From Pachysolen tannophilus NRRL Y-2460 (Eukaryota), in assembly GCA_001661245.1 (NCBI GenBank), contig KV454011.1, positions 1,838,041-1,902,040 of the forward strand: 64,000 nucleotides of DNA. The letters are read 5' to 3'. The position numbers and the translations under genes are program-made. Under the pieces are notes generated by a model that was not told the DNA's origin, searched no databases, and worked only from the letters and a program-made list of their open reading frames with translations. Position 1 is the first letter of the stretch, and each line of letters starts with the position of its first letter. Of the stretch, positions 18,624-29,363 are shown piece by piece.

Positions 18624-21491
18624 TCAGATCAATTCTTTCAATAAGAATTCTTCTTCATTGCTAACGCTTTTATCCAATTCCAATTTGTTTTCACCCATTT
18701 GTAGCATCTTCTCTTCTATCGAGTTGGTACTGATCAATCTATAAACATTAACCTCCTTTGTCTGACCAACTCTGTGACACCTATCTTCTGCCTGCCTATC
18801 ATCATGAGGGTTGAAACTTTGATCAAATATTATAACGTTATTTGCACATACTAAATTGATACCAAAGCCACCAGCTTTTGTAGAAAGTAAAAAAACTGGA
18901 ATCATATCATCTTGGTAAAATTGGTCAATAATTTGCTGTCTCTCGTTAACTGAAGTAGAACCATCTAATCTGATAAATTTAATATTTAAAATGGATAAAA
19001 ATTTTTCTAAAATATCCAAGATTTGGGTGAAAAGTGAAAAAACTAAAACTTTCTCATGCCTATTATTAACAATATCTTCTAATAATTCTTTTAATTTTAA
19101 AATTTTACCACTCTTGAAGAAATCTTTATCTTTCAATTGAAATTTTGATAATGATTTCGGAAATTTCAAACATAATCTGTTTAATTCAAAATCTGACATA
19201 ACTTGCATGTCTTCAAAAATATATTGCCTATTAGCATCAACGTATTCAGGTTCCTCCATTATTGACGTGGCCATTTTCTGTAATTTGGAATCGTCATAGA
19301 TCCTTCTGAATAATAAAGGATGAATAGCAGCTTTACGCAATTGCATTATTACGTTGCTACTACTACTAGTACTACCACTGCTTTTATCATTCTTAGCTTC
19401 ACTATTAAGTTTATTTTGTTTCAGACTTTCAATCAACTCTTCGTAAATAGATTTGTGCTCATCCAACATTTCACATTTTTCAACAAATTGAATTTTTTTG
19501 GGAAGATGTTGCAACACTTGATTTTTCTTCCTTCTCAACACAAAGGGAGTCATCATTGTCTTTGCCTTAGAAATCGCTTGCTGTGATAATAAAGGATTAT
19601 ATTCATCCTTATTTCCATTATCACCGTTGTTCTTGTTATTTTTTGAGTCTGTAATTCTTTGTTGATCAAATAAAGTTTTTAAATCGTCCTTTTTCTCTTT
19701 AAATAAATCTGGCATTATGAAAGCCAATAAAGAAATTAATTCTTTTAAATTGTTTTGTAAAGGTGTACCAGTTAATAATAATCTGAAAACACCTTTTAGT
19801 TTCATCAATTTGATATATCTCTCAGAAGCTGAGTTTTTCAACATGTGTCCTTCATCATAAACAATACAATTAAATTTGAAACTTCTCAAGAAATTTTGAT
19901 CGTATTTATTCCCTGTAGCCAAATTATAAGTTGTTATCAAGACATCAAATTCGACATCCTCTTGCAATAACTCATATCTTTGATCAGTTCTCTCCTGCTG
20001 ATTACCATAATATGGAACAACTGTTAAGCTTGGACAAAATTTTTCAAATTCTCTTAACCAATTTTCTAAAGTTGATGAAGGAACAACAATTAGATGTGGT
20101 TTATCTGAATTTTTAGCCTTTTCTTTTAAATGTGCTAAAAATGCAATAACTTGACAAGTCTTACCTAAACCCATTTCATCTGCTAATATACATGATAAAT
20201 TGTTTTTATATAATAAATTTAACCAATTAATACCAACTTGTTGATAATTTTTCAAATTCACATCGGGAGATAATAATTTCGGTTTATCTTTAAAATAAGA
20301 GTTTTTACTTAATCTTATTGGATCATCATCAATATCAACAACTTCTAATTCGCCAGCTTTGCCATCAACACCAATTCCCCATTCTCTAATTGTTGAGGCA
20401 ATTAAATTACCATACTCGGAACATTTTTGAATTAAAGAATCAACAGCGTCGTAACCTTTTAAATTGATACTAGTTTTTTCAACAATCTTGGCTCCAATTA
20501 ATTTTTTCCTAGATTTCTTCCCTGTTCCATCATTTTTATTCATTAATGTATCATTTTCTGTGTTATCAACAGCAAAATCGTTGGACTCAACCTGGTGTAA
20601 AGAATGGAATGGACGTTTTGAAATCAATACTTCTGCTATAGATGGGCTTACAGAAGAAATATCTATAATATCTCTTTTATCAGCGGTATTTAAAAATTTC
20701 AATACACGATCGTCCAATACAACTTGACTTGAAACGTGCATAATATCGTCATCATCAACTAATGATTCATCATCATCGTCGTCATTGTCATCATCAAGGA
20801 TCAGTTCTTCTTCTTCATCACTTAATGAAATCACCTGTTGATCATTTTGAGGTTTTGATTTTTTTGATCTTGAACCATTAGATCCTTCCCCTTGGTCATC
20901 ATTTTCATTATCTGACACAACAAATGTACCATTTTCATCTCCTAATTTAGTACCTCTAACTAACCTTCTCCTTTTCTTGTTATCCTCAACATTGATATCT
21001 ATCTTTTTAGGAGCTGATAATAATTGAGATGTTGGTAAAGTATCCTTCTTGAGAAGGTAACGCGACGCAATAGTCTGTGATGGCTTATTCAATACAACTT
21101 TTGTCGTTTTCTGTTGCTCCAGTTTCTTAACTTCAAGATGATTATCATGAACATATTGGTTTAAAAAAGTTGAAGTTTCTTTTAAATTACTATTATTTCT
21201 CTTATAAAATTCAATTATCTGATTAATATTTAAATTCGGATATTTCTTCTTTAACAACAACACATTTTTCTTATCATTCAAAGAATGATTACTCGTTGTA
21301 GAACTCAAATTACTACCGGCACTAATACCATTCCCATCTTTAGATTGCTCATCAGTTGAATTACTAGTATCACTATACGTGAATTTTTCCCTCAAAGTCA
21401 ACCTACTTGGGGGTAAAGGCGACGAAGCTTGAACAGCAGGCGACGAATCAGGAACCTGGATAAATGACTTCCTCTCTGGTGTCTTACTCAT
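18624..21491 (-). CDS. FUN30: Snf2-family chromatin remodeler Fun30 (SMARCAD1)
   Basis: LADEMGLGKT, DEGH, LLTGTPLQNN, STKAGGFGINL, QAEDRCHRVGQ; divergent from ATS1 as in S. cerevisiae. Confidence 0.94.
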   Translation of the reverse strand: MSKTPERKSFIQVPDSSPAVQASSPLPPSRLTLREKFTYSDTSNSTDEQSKDGNGISAGSNLSSTTSNHSLNDKKNVLLLKKKYPNLNINQIIEFYKRNNSNLKETSTFLNQYVHDNHLEVKKLEQQKTTKVVLNKPSQTIASRYLLKKDTLPTSQLLSAPKKIDINVEDNKKRRRLVRGTKLGDENGTFVVSDNENDDQGEGSNGSRSKKSKPQNDQQVISLSDEEEELILDDDNDDDDDESLVDDDDIMHVSSQVVLDDRVLKFLNTADKRDIIDISSVSPSIAEVLISKRPFHSLHQVESNDFAVDNTENDTLMNKNDGTGKKSRKKLIGAKIVEKTSINLKGYDAVDSLIQKCSEYGNLIASTIREWGIGVDGKAGELEVVDIDDDPIRLSKNSYFKDKPKLLSPDVNLKNYQQVGINWLNLLYKNNLSCILADEMGLGKTCQVIAFLAHLKEKAKNSDKPHLIVVPSSTLENWLREFEKFCPSLTVVPYYGNQQERTDQRYELLQEDVEFDVLITTYNLATGNKYDQNFLRSFKFNCIVYDEGHMLKNSASERYIKLMKLKGVFRLLLTGTPLQNNLKELISLLAFIMPDLFKEKKDDLKTLFDQQRITDSKNNKNNGDNGNKDEYNPLLSQQAISKAKTMMTPFVLRRKKNQVLQHLPKKIQFVEKCEMLDEHKSIYEELIESLKQNKLNSEAKNDKSSGSTSSSSNVIMQLRKAAIHPLLFRRIYDDSKLQKMATSIMEEPEYVDANRQYIFEDMQVMSDFELNRLCLKFPKSLSKFQLKDKDFFKSGKILKLKELLEDIVNNRHEKVLVFSLFTQILDILEKFLSILNIKFIRLDGSTSVNERQQIIDQFYQDDMIPVFLLSTKAGGFGINLVCANNVIIFDQSFNPHDDRQAEDRCHRVGQTKEVNVYRLISTNSIEEKMLQMGENKLELDKSVSNEEEFLLKELI

Positions 21492-21689
21492 GCTTCATCT
21501 ATTCTATTCTTCTCTCAAACTTATTATCCGTTTTAAATTAAATGGAAAGATAATTTTGTTAAAATATAAAAATTTGATTCTTTTTCTGTTCGATTTTTCG
21601 TGTTTTTTTCATTTTTTCATTTTTCATTTTTTTTTATTTTATTTTATTCAGTATTTGATGATGGTGAAGATAAAAAAGTTGGAAAAGAG

Positions 21690-22724
21690 ATGAGCTATCG
21701 AGTTCTCTGTTGTGGATCAAATGGGAGCTATCAGTTGGGGTTAGAGAGCGACATGGATAAGTCGACTCTTGAAGAGTGTTTAATTCTTAAAGAGAAGCCA
21801 GTAAAGATTACAGGAGGTGGGAATCATACATTATTACTTACTGAGTCTGGTTCTTTATATATTGCTGGTGAAATAAATGGTAAAAGATTTGAAAAATTTG
21901 AATTAATAGATGCCCGGTATGGTAAGATTATGGATATGACATCGGGATGGGATTTTGGGGTTATGGTTAATGAGTATAATGAATTATATGTTTTTGGGAT
22001 TGGTTTAAATGGTGAATTAGGGTTATCAGAAAAAGTTACTTCTTGTGATGTATTAAACCCAAAATTTGTTATAAAATTTGATCATAAGATTAAAAAAATC
22101 AATTCTTCTTTGCATAATACTGTATTGATATTAGAGAATGGGGAAGTATATGGTTGGGGTAATAATAAGAAACAACAATTGTTACAACATGATCTTACAA
22201 AATCTAATAAAATAATATGGGAACCTACAAGATTATTTGTTACATTTTCCAATTTAAGATTTGCAAATTGTAGAGATTTCATAGTTTATCAATTTGTTAA
22301 TCCAGAAACTAATGAGACTAATAAGTTTGAATTAAGAGGTAAGGATAATTTTAACATCTTAAACGGTTTAAACAGTAAAGAACATATAATAGATATGAAA
22401 CCAATGTGGTCATCAGTTCATTTACTTATAGTGGAAACTGAAACTCAATCCAAAAAAATCAGATCTTTAGGCAATAATTCCAATTGCCAATTATTCCCAA
22501 CATCTTCCAATCTTGATATAAAAGATTACCTGATTGGAAGTGAACATGGTCTCACATTAACACTGGATAATAAAGTATTAGCATGGGGATGGGGTGAACA
22601 CGGTAATTGTGGGACCACACAGAATGAAAACAACGTTATCCTAAATCAACTATATAATGGTATAGAAACAGTTAAAGGTATATACTCTGGTTGCTCAACA
22701 AGTTGGGTCATTGTACAAATTTAA
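21690..22724 (+). CDS. ATS1: RCC1-repeat protein Ats1/Kti13
   Basis: CGSNGSYQLG, GGGNHT, GSEHG, AWGWGEHGNCG, GCSTSW; ATG at 21690. Confidence 0.88.
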   Translation: MSYRVLCCGSNGSYQLGLESDMDKSTLEECLILKEKPVKITGGGNHTLLLTESGSLYIAGEINGKRFEKFELIDARYGKIMDMTSGWDFGVMVNEYNELYVFGIGLNGELGLSEKVTSCDVLNPKFVIKFDHKIKKINSSLHNTVLILENGEVYGWGNNKKQQLLQHDLTKSNKIIWEPTRLFVTFSNLRFANCRDFIVYQFVNPETNETNKFELRGKDNFNILNGLNSKEHIIDMKPMWSSVHLLIVETETQSKKIRSLGNNSNCQLFPTSSNLDIKDYLIGSEHGLTLTLDNKVLAWGWGEHGNCGTTQNENNVILNQLYNGIETVKGIYSGCSTSWVIVQI

Positions 22725-23046
22725 TAAAATGTAATAAAGCCATCTTTCTTAATAATTTAATAGGAAACAAAAAATAAGAAATATGTAAAAACTTTATAAA
22801 GTTATTATAGGACCTCAGTATCGATGTTCTTTATAACTAGCTCTCCATATATATATATATATATATAGACTTATAAAAAACCTTCTTTCAAGTTCCATTA
22901 ATTTAAATAATACAAAAGATAGAATAAAATGGAAATATGAAAAATTTTTTATACTTGCATATAAATTTGTGGTATAAAATAAAATACAAGAGAAAGACAT
23001 AAAGAATATTTGAATAATTAAGAATATTTTGATTTGATTTTTTTTG

Positions 23047-23730
23047 ATGATGTTTGGAGCTATATGTTCTGGTCAGCCAGTGCAATTGGCAACGGAGGTT
23101 GATAATTTGAAGTATACGATAGAGTTTAAAGAATTACCGAGTAGTATTTCATTTATAACTATATTTATGTTACCAAATATTCAATTTGATTTAAATTATA
23201 CAGCATTGATTTATTTTAAGCTGGGACCAGATCCTGAGTTTAAGTTGTTAGGTGGATTGGGTATAGAGAAACAAAGTGCTATTTATCGAATCAATCAAAA
23301 GCCAGTCAACAGGAATGATGGTTTGAGTAGTAGTAGCAATAATAATATGGTTGATGATATAGATATGGATACTGATAACACCGGTGCTACTCAAGAAGTG
23401 ATAATAGGCATATCAATAGAAACGAATCAGCTGGCTGAATTCATTTTACAACAATCAAAACTTAATAATAATAATAATAATGCTGTTAATAAAACTAAAC
23501 TACTTACAAGTTATGCCAATAATAGTGTTAATGCTAATAGTAATACAATATTGCAAAACCAACAGTTGGCAAATAAGATTATTGAAAACTGTTACAACTA
23601 CCTTTCAAGCTTTGATGACGGAACAGGGAAAGTTCCAATAGCAAAATTCAATGAATGGTGGAAAAAATTCATGATAAAATTGAAAAATAATCCAAAATTG
23701 CTTTCATCATCTGATAGTGACTTATTATAA
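23047..23730 (+). CDS. OPI10: Hikeshi/Opi10 (DUF775) protein
   Basis: MFGAICSGQP, FKLLGGL...SAIY, IGISIE, LA.KII.N.YNYLSSF, F.EWW.KF; start at 23047 or 23050. Confidence 0.9.
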   Translation: MMFGAICSGQPVQLATEVDNLKYTIEFKELPSSISFITIFMLPNIQFDLNYTALIYFKLGPDPEFKLLGGLGIEKQSAIYRINQKPVNRNDGLSSSSNNNMVDDIDMDTDNTGATQEVIIGISIETNQLAEFILQQSKLNNNNNNAVNKTKLLTSYANNSVNANSNTILQNQQLANKIIENCYNYLSSFDDGTGKVPIAKFNEWWKKFMIKLKNNPKLLSSSDSDLL

Positions 23731-25371
23731 TTTTTCTTTTGATAATAAAATTCTTTCCTTCACTTCATCAATTCCCAATAGAGAAATCAATACTGGTAAT
23801 TTAATACCAGAAATTGAACCACATAAACCAAATCTTAATGTTTCAAAAATAATTTTTTTATTTTGCAAATTTAATTCTTCATAAATACTGTTTATAATAT
23901 CTTCAATTGTGTATTGTTTAATGTCATAATTTTCCAATTTTTCCAAAAAACTGTCCATTATCTTGATAACTATTTTTGAATCATGTTCTTTTAAAAATTT
24001 TACAGCAATTTCATTATCAAGATTTGGTTTTGAAAATAAATAATGATACTTAAAACTTGCTAATTCATTCAATGTTGTTAAACTTGATCCGATTTTAGTT
24101 AAGATTTCCAAAATATAATTCTTATCAATGGTTTTATCATTATCAAATAATTGTGAAATTTTTTCAATCGCTTTTTCTTTAAAAAATTCATCATTTTCTA
24201 AATTATTGCTTAAATAATATTTATTGAAATAATCCAATTTTTTAAAATCAACTTTTGTATTACCCTTTGTCAAATTATCAATTGAAAAAATGTTTTCCAA
24301 TTCTTGTAATTTGTAAAGTTCCTTATAAGTTTTCCCCTGTTCTTCTCTCTTTGGTGCCCATCCAAATAAAACTGAAAAATTTATAATAGCTTCAATTAAA
24401 TACCCCTTTTTCCTTAAAGACATAATATCAATATCACCTGCTCTTTTACTTAATTTCTTATCACCTTCAATTGATGTTAAAAGTGGGATATGTACAAAGT
24501 GAGGTGGTGTCCAACCAAAACTTTTATATAATGCAATATGTTTTGGTGTCGATGGCATCCATTCTTCACCTCTAATAACATGAGTAATTTCCATTAAATG
24601 ATCATCAACAATATTAGCAAAATGATAAGTGGGTAGCCCATCTGATTTGAATAAAATTGGATCATCATACCTAACGTCGTTTACATTGATTTGAGGTTGA
24701 AGATTGATCTTGCCATGTAATAAATCCACAAATGGCTCATATTTTTCAGGAGACTTGAATCTAACTGTAAATTCCTCACCATTAGCAGCTTTTGAAAAAG
24801 ATTCATCTGGAGTATAATGATGTAAACAATGCCTATCATATGAAACAGTAGTAGGCGGTTTCAACATCTTTGCAGAATTTTTCAAATTAATCAATCTTTC
24901 CTTCTTACAAAAACATCTATAAGCTTTTCCTTCCAATAATAGCTGCTGAATATATTTCAAATAAATCTCTTTTCTTTCACTTTGTCTATAAGGCGAAAAT
25001 TCCCCACCAATCTCAGGTCCTTCGTCATAAGTAATCCCCAACCATCTCAATGTATCATATATACTCTGTTCAGAGTTGGGCACTAATCTATTTTGATCTG
25101 TATCTTCCAATCTCAAAATAAATTTCCCCTTAGTAGCCCTAGCTAACAAATAATTATATAAACAAGTTCTCAAAGAGCCAAGGTGCAAGAATCCAGTAGG
25201 AGATGGAGCAAATCTTGTTCTCGCCGGATAATCTGGTTGAATTGAACTTAAAATACTTCCATGTGCATTGTTATTTTTTGAAGGCAAATTCAATGATTTC
25301 TTCTTTTTGATCTTCAAATTGGATAGAACAGTAGATGAATAACACCTTCTGGGTATCACCTTAACAATCAT
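23725..25371 (-). CDS. MSE1: Mitochondrial glutamyl-tRNA synthetase
   Basis: RTRFAPSPTGFLHLGSLRT, RLEDTD, HVIRGEEW, KLSKR; N-terminal presequence. Confidence 0.95.
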   Translation of the reverse strand: MIVKVIPRRCYSSTVLSNLKIKKKKSLNLPSKNNNAHGSILSSIQPDYPARTRFAPSPTGFLHLGSLRTCLYNYLLARATKGKFILRLEDTDQNRLVPNSEQSIYDTLRWLGITYDEGPEIGGEFSPYRQSERKEIYLKYIQQLLLEGKAYRCFCKKERLINLKNSAKMLKPPTTVSYDRHCLHHYTPDESFSKAANGEEFTVRFKSPEKYEPFVDLLHGKINLQPQINVNDVRYDDPILFKSDGLPTYHFANIVDDHLMEITHVIRGEEWMPSTPKHIALYKSFGWTPPHFVHIPLLTSIEGDKKLSKRAGDIDIMSLRKKGYLIEAIINFSVLFGWAPKREEQGKTYKELYKLQELENIFSIDNLTKGNTKVDFKKLDYFNKYYLSNNLENDEFFKEKAIEKISQLFDNDKTIDKNYILEILTKIGSSLTTLNELASFKYHYLFSKPNLDNEIAVKFLKEHDSKIVIKIMDSFLEKLENYDIKQYTIEDIINSIYEELNLQNKKIIFETLRFGLCGSISGIKLPVLISLLGIDEVKERILLSKEKL

Positions 25372-25584
25372 TCTCGTCACTAAAGAGTGTATTGTATAAT
25401 TCCCGTTTTCTTGTTCTTGATATTTGTATTATTACTATGTAAATTCTTTTAAGACACTAATAAATTTTTTTGTTCATATATATATAAAAAAATTTTTTTA
25501 ACAGATTTCTAAATCATTTTAAATGAAGACATATTTAAATAAAAGAAAATTGTTTTTGAAACACATAGCGGTAAATTAAAAGTT

Positions 25585-26052
25585 ATGACGGATGTCAATA
25601 GCGGTTCATACTCTTCACCTCCTTCTTCGGGATCGTCCAATTCCAATGAACAGGTGATAGCAAGTTTACAAGTTGCAAGATTTGCAAGGTTTAAATTAAA
25701 TTTATATAAATCTTTTGAATACGACGAAGATTTTGAATATTATCCTGATTACAGCAGGCCGAAACAGCAATTACTGCAAAGAGAAATTTTCTTGAAGAAT
25801 CTTAGAAATTCAGCTGCTATGGCTGCTGCTGCCAGCGACCAAAATGGTAGTTATACTGGTGTTTCTAATGGAACTGGTGATAATGGCAATAGGATGCGAG
25901 AACGTATATATACGCCTTCAATGCCATTAGCGCAAACATCAACAGGTCAAAATTTTAGCTCAAACTTTATTCCAGACGGCAATGGAAATGGCGTCGTTAA
26001 TACAGGTGGCAGATATTATGTTTCCCCTACATACAGAAAGACATTTACATGA
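25585..26052 (+). CDS. Small low-complexity fungal protein with an F...KSFEYDEDFEYYP motif (possibly DUF4452-like)
   Basis: 155 aa ATG ORF with coding-like composition; family assignment is from memory and weak. Confidence 0.6.
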   Translation: MTDVNSGSYSSPPSSGSSNSNEQVIASLQVARFARFKLNLYKSFEYDEDFEYYPDYSRPKQQLLQREIFLKNLRNSAAMAAAASDQNGSYTGVSNGTGDNGNRMRERIYTPSMPLAQTSTGQNFSSNFIPDGNGNGVVNTGGRYYVSPTYRKTFT

Positions 26053-26707
26053 TTTTGAATAATTTTTTTTTTTTTTTTTACTCTGTTTGCATTATTAGTT
26101 GTTTATTCATGTTGCCAACTGGTCTGTTTGCTCATATTGATCTCAATATGGTTTTGTGGTTTTAATATCATTCATATCATTTATTTCTTGGGAATGGGAA
26201 ATTGTTGTGTTTTTTTTCTTTTTTGTTTTATTTTATTTTATTTTGTTTTTTTTTAATTGCCAATATTGTGTGTTATATATTTTCGCCTTTTTTATTTTAT
26301 TAATGGCTTATGCTGTTGTACTCTCTTGAATGTTTTTTCTTCTTAAGATGACTTTGATGCAGAGAGTGGAATTGTTTTCTTTTAGAAAAGTATTAATGGT
26401 TGTTTCAAATGGTATTTTTGGCTTACTTTTATAGTTTTTATGATATTATCAATAGCTTAATTATTAATTAATATATATATTTTTATTACATATTTTAGAG
26501 AAAGAGAGAAAGAAAAAGATTGTATACAGCGGATCCAAAATTAATATCTGATAAGCTCATGAAAAGCAAAATGAAATTCACGAGGAAAGAAACTATAGAA
26601 GTTTAAAATGTTTAAACATCAAGTCCAATATAAAATAAAAACATACTATGATACATTGTAGAAAAATAATAAAAAGAAAAAAAAAAAAAACAAACACCAC
26701 AAAATCC

Positions 26708-28933
26708 TTAACTCATTTCTTCATCATTATCTTCATCCTGTTTAACAGCACTCTCTTCTTCTTTTTGAATTTCGCTGTTGAATTCTTTTGCACATTCTTC
26801 TATAACTAAATTTTCAAATTCTTCTAAACTTCCTTGTATATTTAATTTGAAATTTATTATGAATTCCAAATATTTTTCAAAATTATTAAAAATTTCAATT
26901 TTCTTTAAATTTAATTCATATTTTAAATTATCATATCTTAACATAACTTGTTGTAAATTTTTATTTAAAGTTAAAAGTGATTCATTTTTTTTAAATTTCA
27001 ATATTTGTAAATCATTTTGTAAATTTTCAATTTCAATCTTTGAATTAGAAGAATCTTTTATAATTTGTTCATATAATTCGTCATAGATTAGTTTGGATGA
27101 AGATAATCTTGTTTCCAAGTTTTCAAAATCTTCTTGTTTTTCATTTATTTGTTCTTGTAATAAGTCTAACGATTCTTGTAATTTAATAGTTTCATCTTGT
27201 AATTTATGCATATTACTTATTATTAAATTTTTAAATTTAATTAAATTGGATCTTATTTCATTCTTTTTTAATTCAGGTATCATTTGATCTGGTTTTAATC
27301 CCAATTTATTATCATTTAACAAATCACTGTTAAAAGAGTTAATTTCAAAATTGAATTGAAATTGCTCTTCTCCTTCAAGTTCAATAGCACTTATTATCTT
27401 ATAAATATTTGAATTATAACTGTTAATAACTGTTTCTAAAGAGTTAAACAAATCATGTAAACTAATTTCTTTATCTTTAACAATTTTATTTAAAGTATCA
27501 ATTTTAAGGTTTAAATTTTCTAAAAAATTTGAAAGTTTCTCCTTTTCTTTATAAAGATTTTCCACTGAATTAACTGTGAATCCTAATTTTTCAAAAATTT
27601 CATAAATTTTACCCTTTTCTATATTACAATTTTTTAATTTTAATTCATTTTCTTCAATATTTTCTCTAATATTTTGTAAAATTGAATCCCATCTAGATTT
27701 ACTATTTTCCAATTTATTTATATAATCTTGAAATTTGGAGATATCATCTTTTAAAATTTTTGATTTATTTAAAGAATTTAAAACAACTTCATTTTGAACT
27801 AAAAATTTATTTAATTCTTGTTCTAAATCTGAATTTTCAATTTTTAAATTATCAATTTTGTTTAAATTTTTTTGATTGTAAATATCATAATTTTTTTCCA
27901 TTTCCAGATAATATTCAGAATAATCATCTTCATTATTCAAAAAAGCTTTGTAAGATTTCAAGATATAAGGAATAAATAATTTCTCAACAATATCTTCTTG
28001 ATCTTCAACAAGATCATCTTCTTCACCGTTTTCTTGAACTTCCTTGTTATATGAAGAAGAAGAAGAAGAAGAAGAGGAAGGAGGTTTGGATAAGTCAAAT
28101 TCTTCACTATCATCCAATTTCATCAACATCAAATTTAATTGAATCATCCAATGTAACATTCCCAAGAAAGTGGGCCAATTTTGACCTCCAACTGCACTTA
28201 TCTGTGATTTGTTTATTGAATCTAGATAAGGGTATTTTATCGTTTTCAACAAGAAATAAACTTCTTGTTCTATAGATTTGTTAAATTTATAACCTGGATC
28301 TATTTTTTTATATAACCATTGGAAAATTAATACAAAATCTTTTTGTGTTGGTTGTCGTAAAGTCTTATTTGTCAAAGGATGTTTCATTTCAATTTCAAAC
28401 AAATTTTTAAAAGTTAAAAAATCCATAATCTCTTGTTGAATTGTCAATTGATAATTTTTGTCCCTTAAAGGCCTCGGATCTTTTGTAGAAACAAGTTGAG
28501 AACCTCCATACATCGACAATCGATTCGAGCCCTGTTGCTGATTAGGCACCATCGACTTCCTCGAACCGTTGCTGCTATATCTCGGCTGGTATAAATGATA
28601 ATCGTTGTTATTCGCACTAGCGCCCATTGAAGAAGACCTTCTATGACTAATAGTACCACTAGAAGCACCACTTGTTGTTGTTGTTGTTGTTGTTGCCTGT
28701 CCCAAGTTTAAAACCTTTGGCTGCAATGACTGTCTTTTCAAAGATGAAGGCCTACCATTCGAACTCGACCTTTTTAAACCATTGCTGTTACTATTATTAT
28801 TATTATTATTATTATTGTACTGAGACATATTTGAAACCTGTTGCGGATCAAGTGAGGATAATATATTACTATTAATCATATTACTGGACTTTCTTCGATT
28901 ACTTCTATCACGATTGTAATTATTCCCACTCAT
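26708..28933 (-). CDS. NDC80: Kinetochore protein Ndc80
   Basis: KDPRPLRDKNYQ, PTQKDF..IFQWLY..IDP, YPYL..INKSQISAVGG.NWP.FLGMLHW, long coiled coil. Confidence 0.95.
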   Translation of the reverse strand: MSGNNYNRDRSNRRKSSNMINSNILSSLDPQQVSNMSQYNNNNNNNNSNSNGLKRSSSNGRPSSLKRQSLQPKVLNLGQATTTTTTTSGASSGTISHRRSSSMGASANNNDYHLYQPRYSSNGSRKSMVPNQQQGSNRLSMYGGSQLVSTKDPRPLRDKNYQLTIQQEIMDFLTFKNLFEIEMKHPLTNKTLRQPTQKDFVLIFQWLYKKIDPGYKFNKSIEQEVYFLLKTIKYPYLDSINKSQISAVGGQNWPTFLGMLHWMIQLNLMLMKLDDSEEFDLSKPPSSSSSSSSSYNKEVQENGEEDDLVEDQEDIVEKLFIPYILKSYKAFLNNEDDYSEYYLEMEKNYDIYNQKNLNKIDNLKIENSDLEQELNKFLVQNEVVLNSLNKSKILKDDISKFQDYINKLENSKSRWDSILQNIRENIEENELKLKNCNIEKGKIYEIFEKLGFTVNSVENLYKEKEKLSNFLENLNLKIDTLNKIVKDKEISLHDLFNSLETVINSYNSNIYKIISAIELEGEEQFQFNFEINSFNSDLLNDNKLGLKPDQMIPELKKNEIRSNLIKFKNLIISNMHKLQDETIKLQESLDLLQEQINEKQEDFENLETRLSSSKLIYDELYEQIIKDSSNSKIEIENLQNDLQILKFKKNESLLTLNKNLQQVMLRYDNLKYELNLKKIEIFNNFEKYLEFIINFKLNIQGSLEEFENLVIEECAKEFNSEIQKEEESAVKQDEDNDEEMS

Positions 28934-29078
28934 GACTCAATCCAGAAAAATTAAGAAAAAAAAACAATCTTCAACCCCTTTAACTTGATTGTTATATCCA
29001 ACTCAATTATTAAATATACATATATATATTTAATTAAACATATATTATTATAATTATTATAATATAAACAAGCCTTTT

Positions 29079-29088
29079 TTTGTTTACA
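29079..29088 (-). promoter_or_regulatory. Forkhead-like site upstream of NDC80
   Basis: TGTAAACAAA on minus, about 150 bp upstream of the ATG. Confidence 0.35.
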
Positions 29089-29363
29089 TTTTTAAAAAAA
29101 AAAAATCGTGTTTCCGTCCACAACAAAAAAAAAGTTTTTGTTCCGTTTTCGGTCATTTTGTTTAGCGCTAGCACGACCTATTTGTTATATATTAAATTTG
29201 ATGCAGATGGATTGTTAATTGGCGGCGGGCGGCGGTAAGTGGGTAAGTTCTTTTGTGGTTTTACAATATTGTAAAAGAGGGTTTATGATATAAATGTACA
29301 AGTTTTGACAATAGCGGTTGAGATTGAAAGCTGAGAATCGAGTTTGCAGGTTTTTATTTTAGG

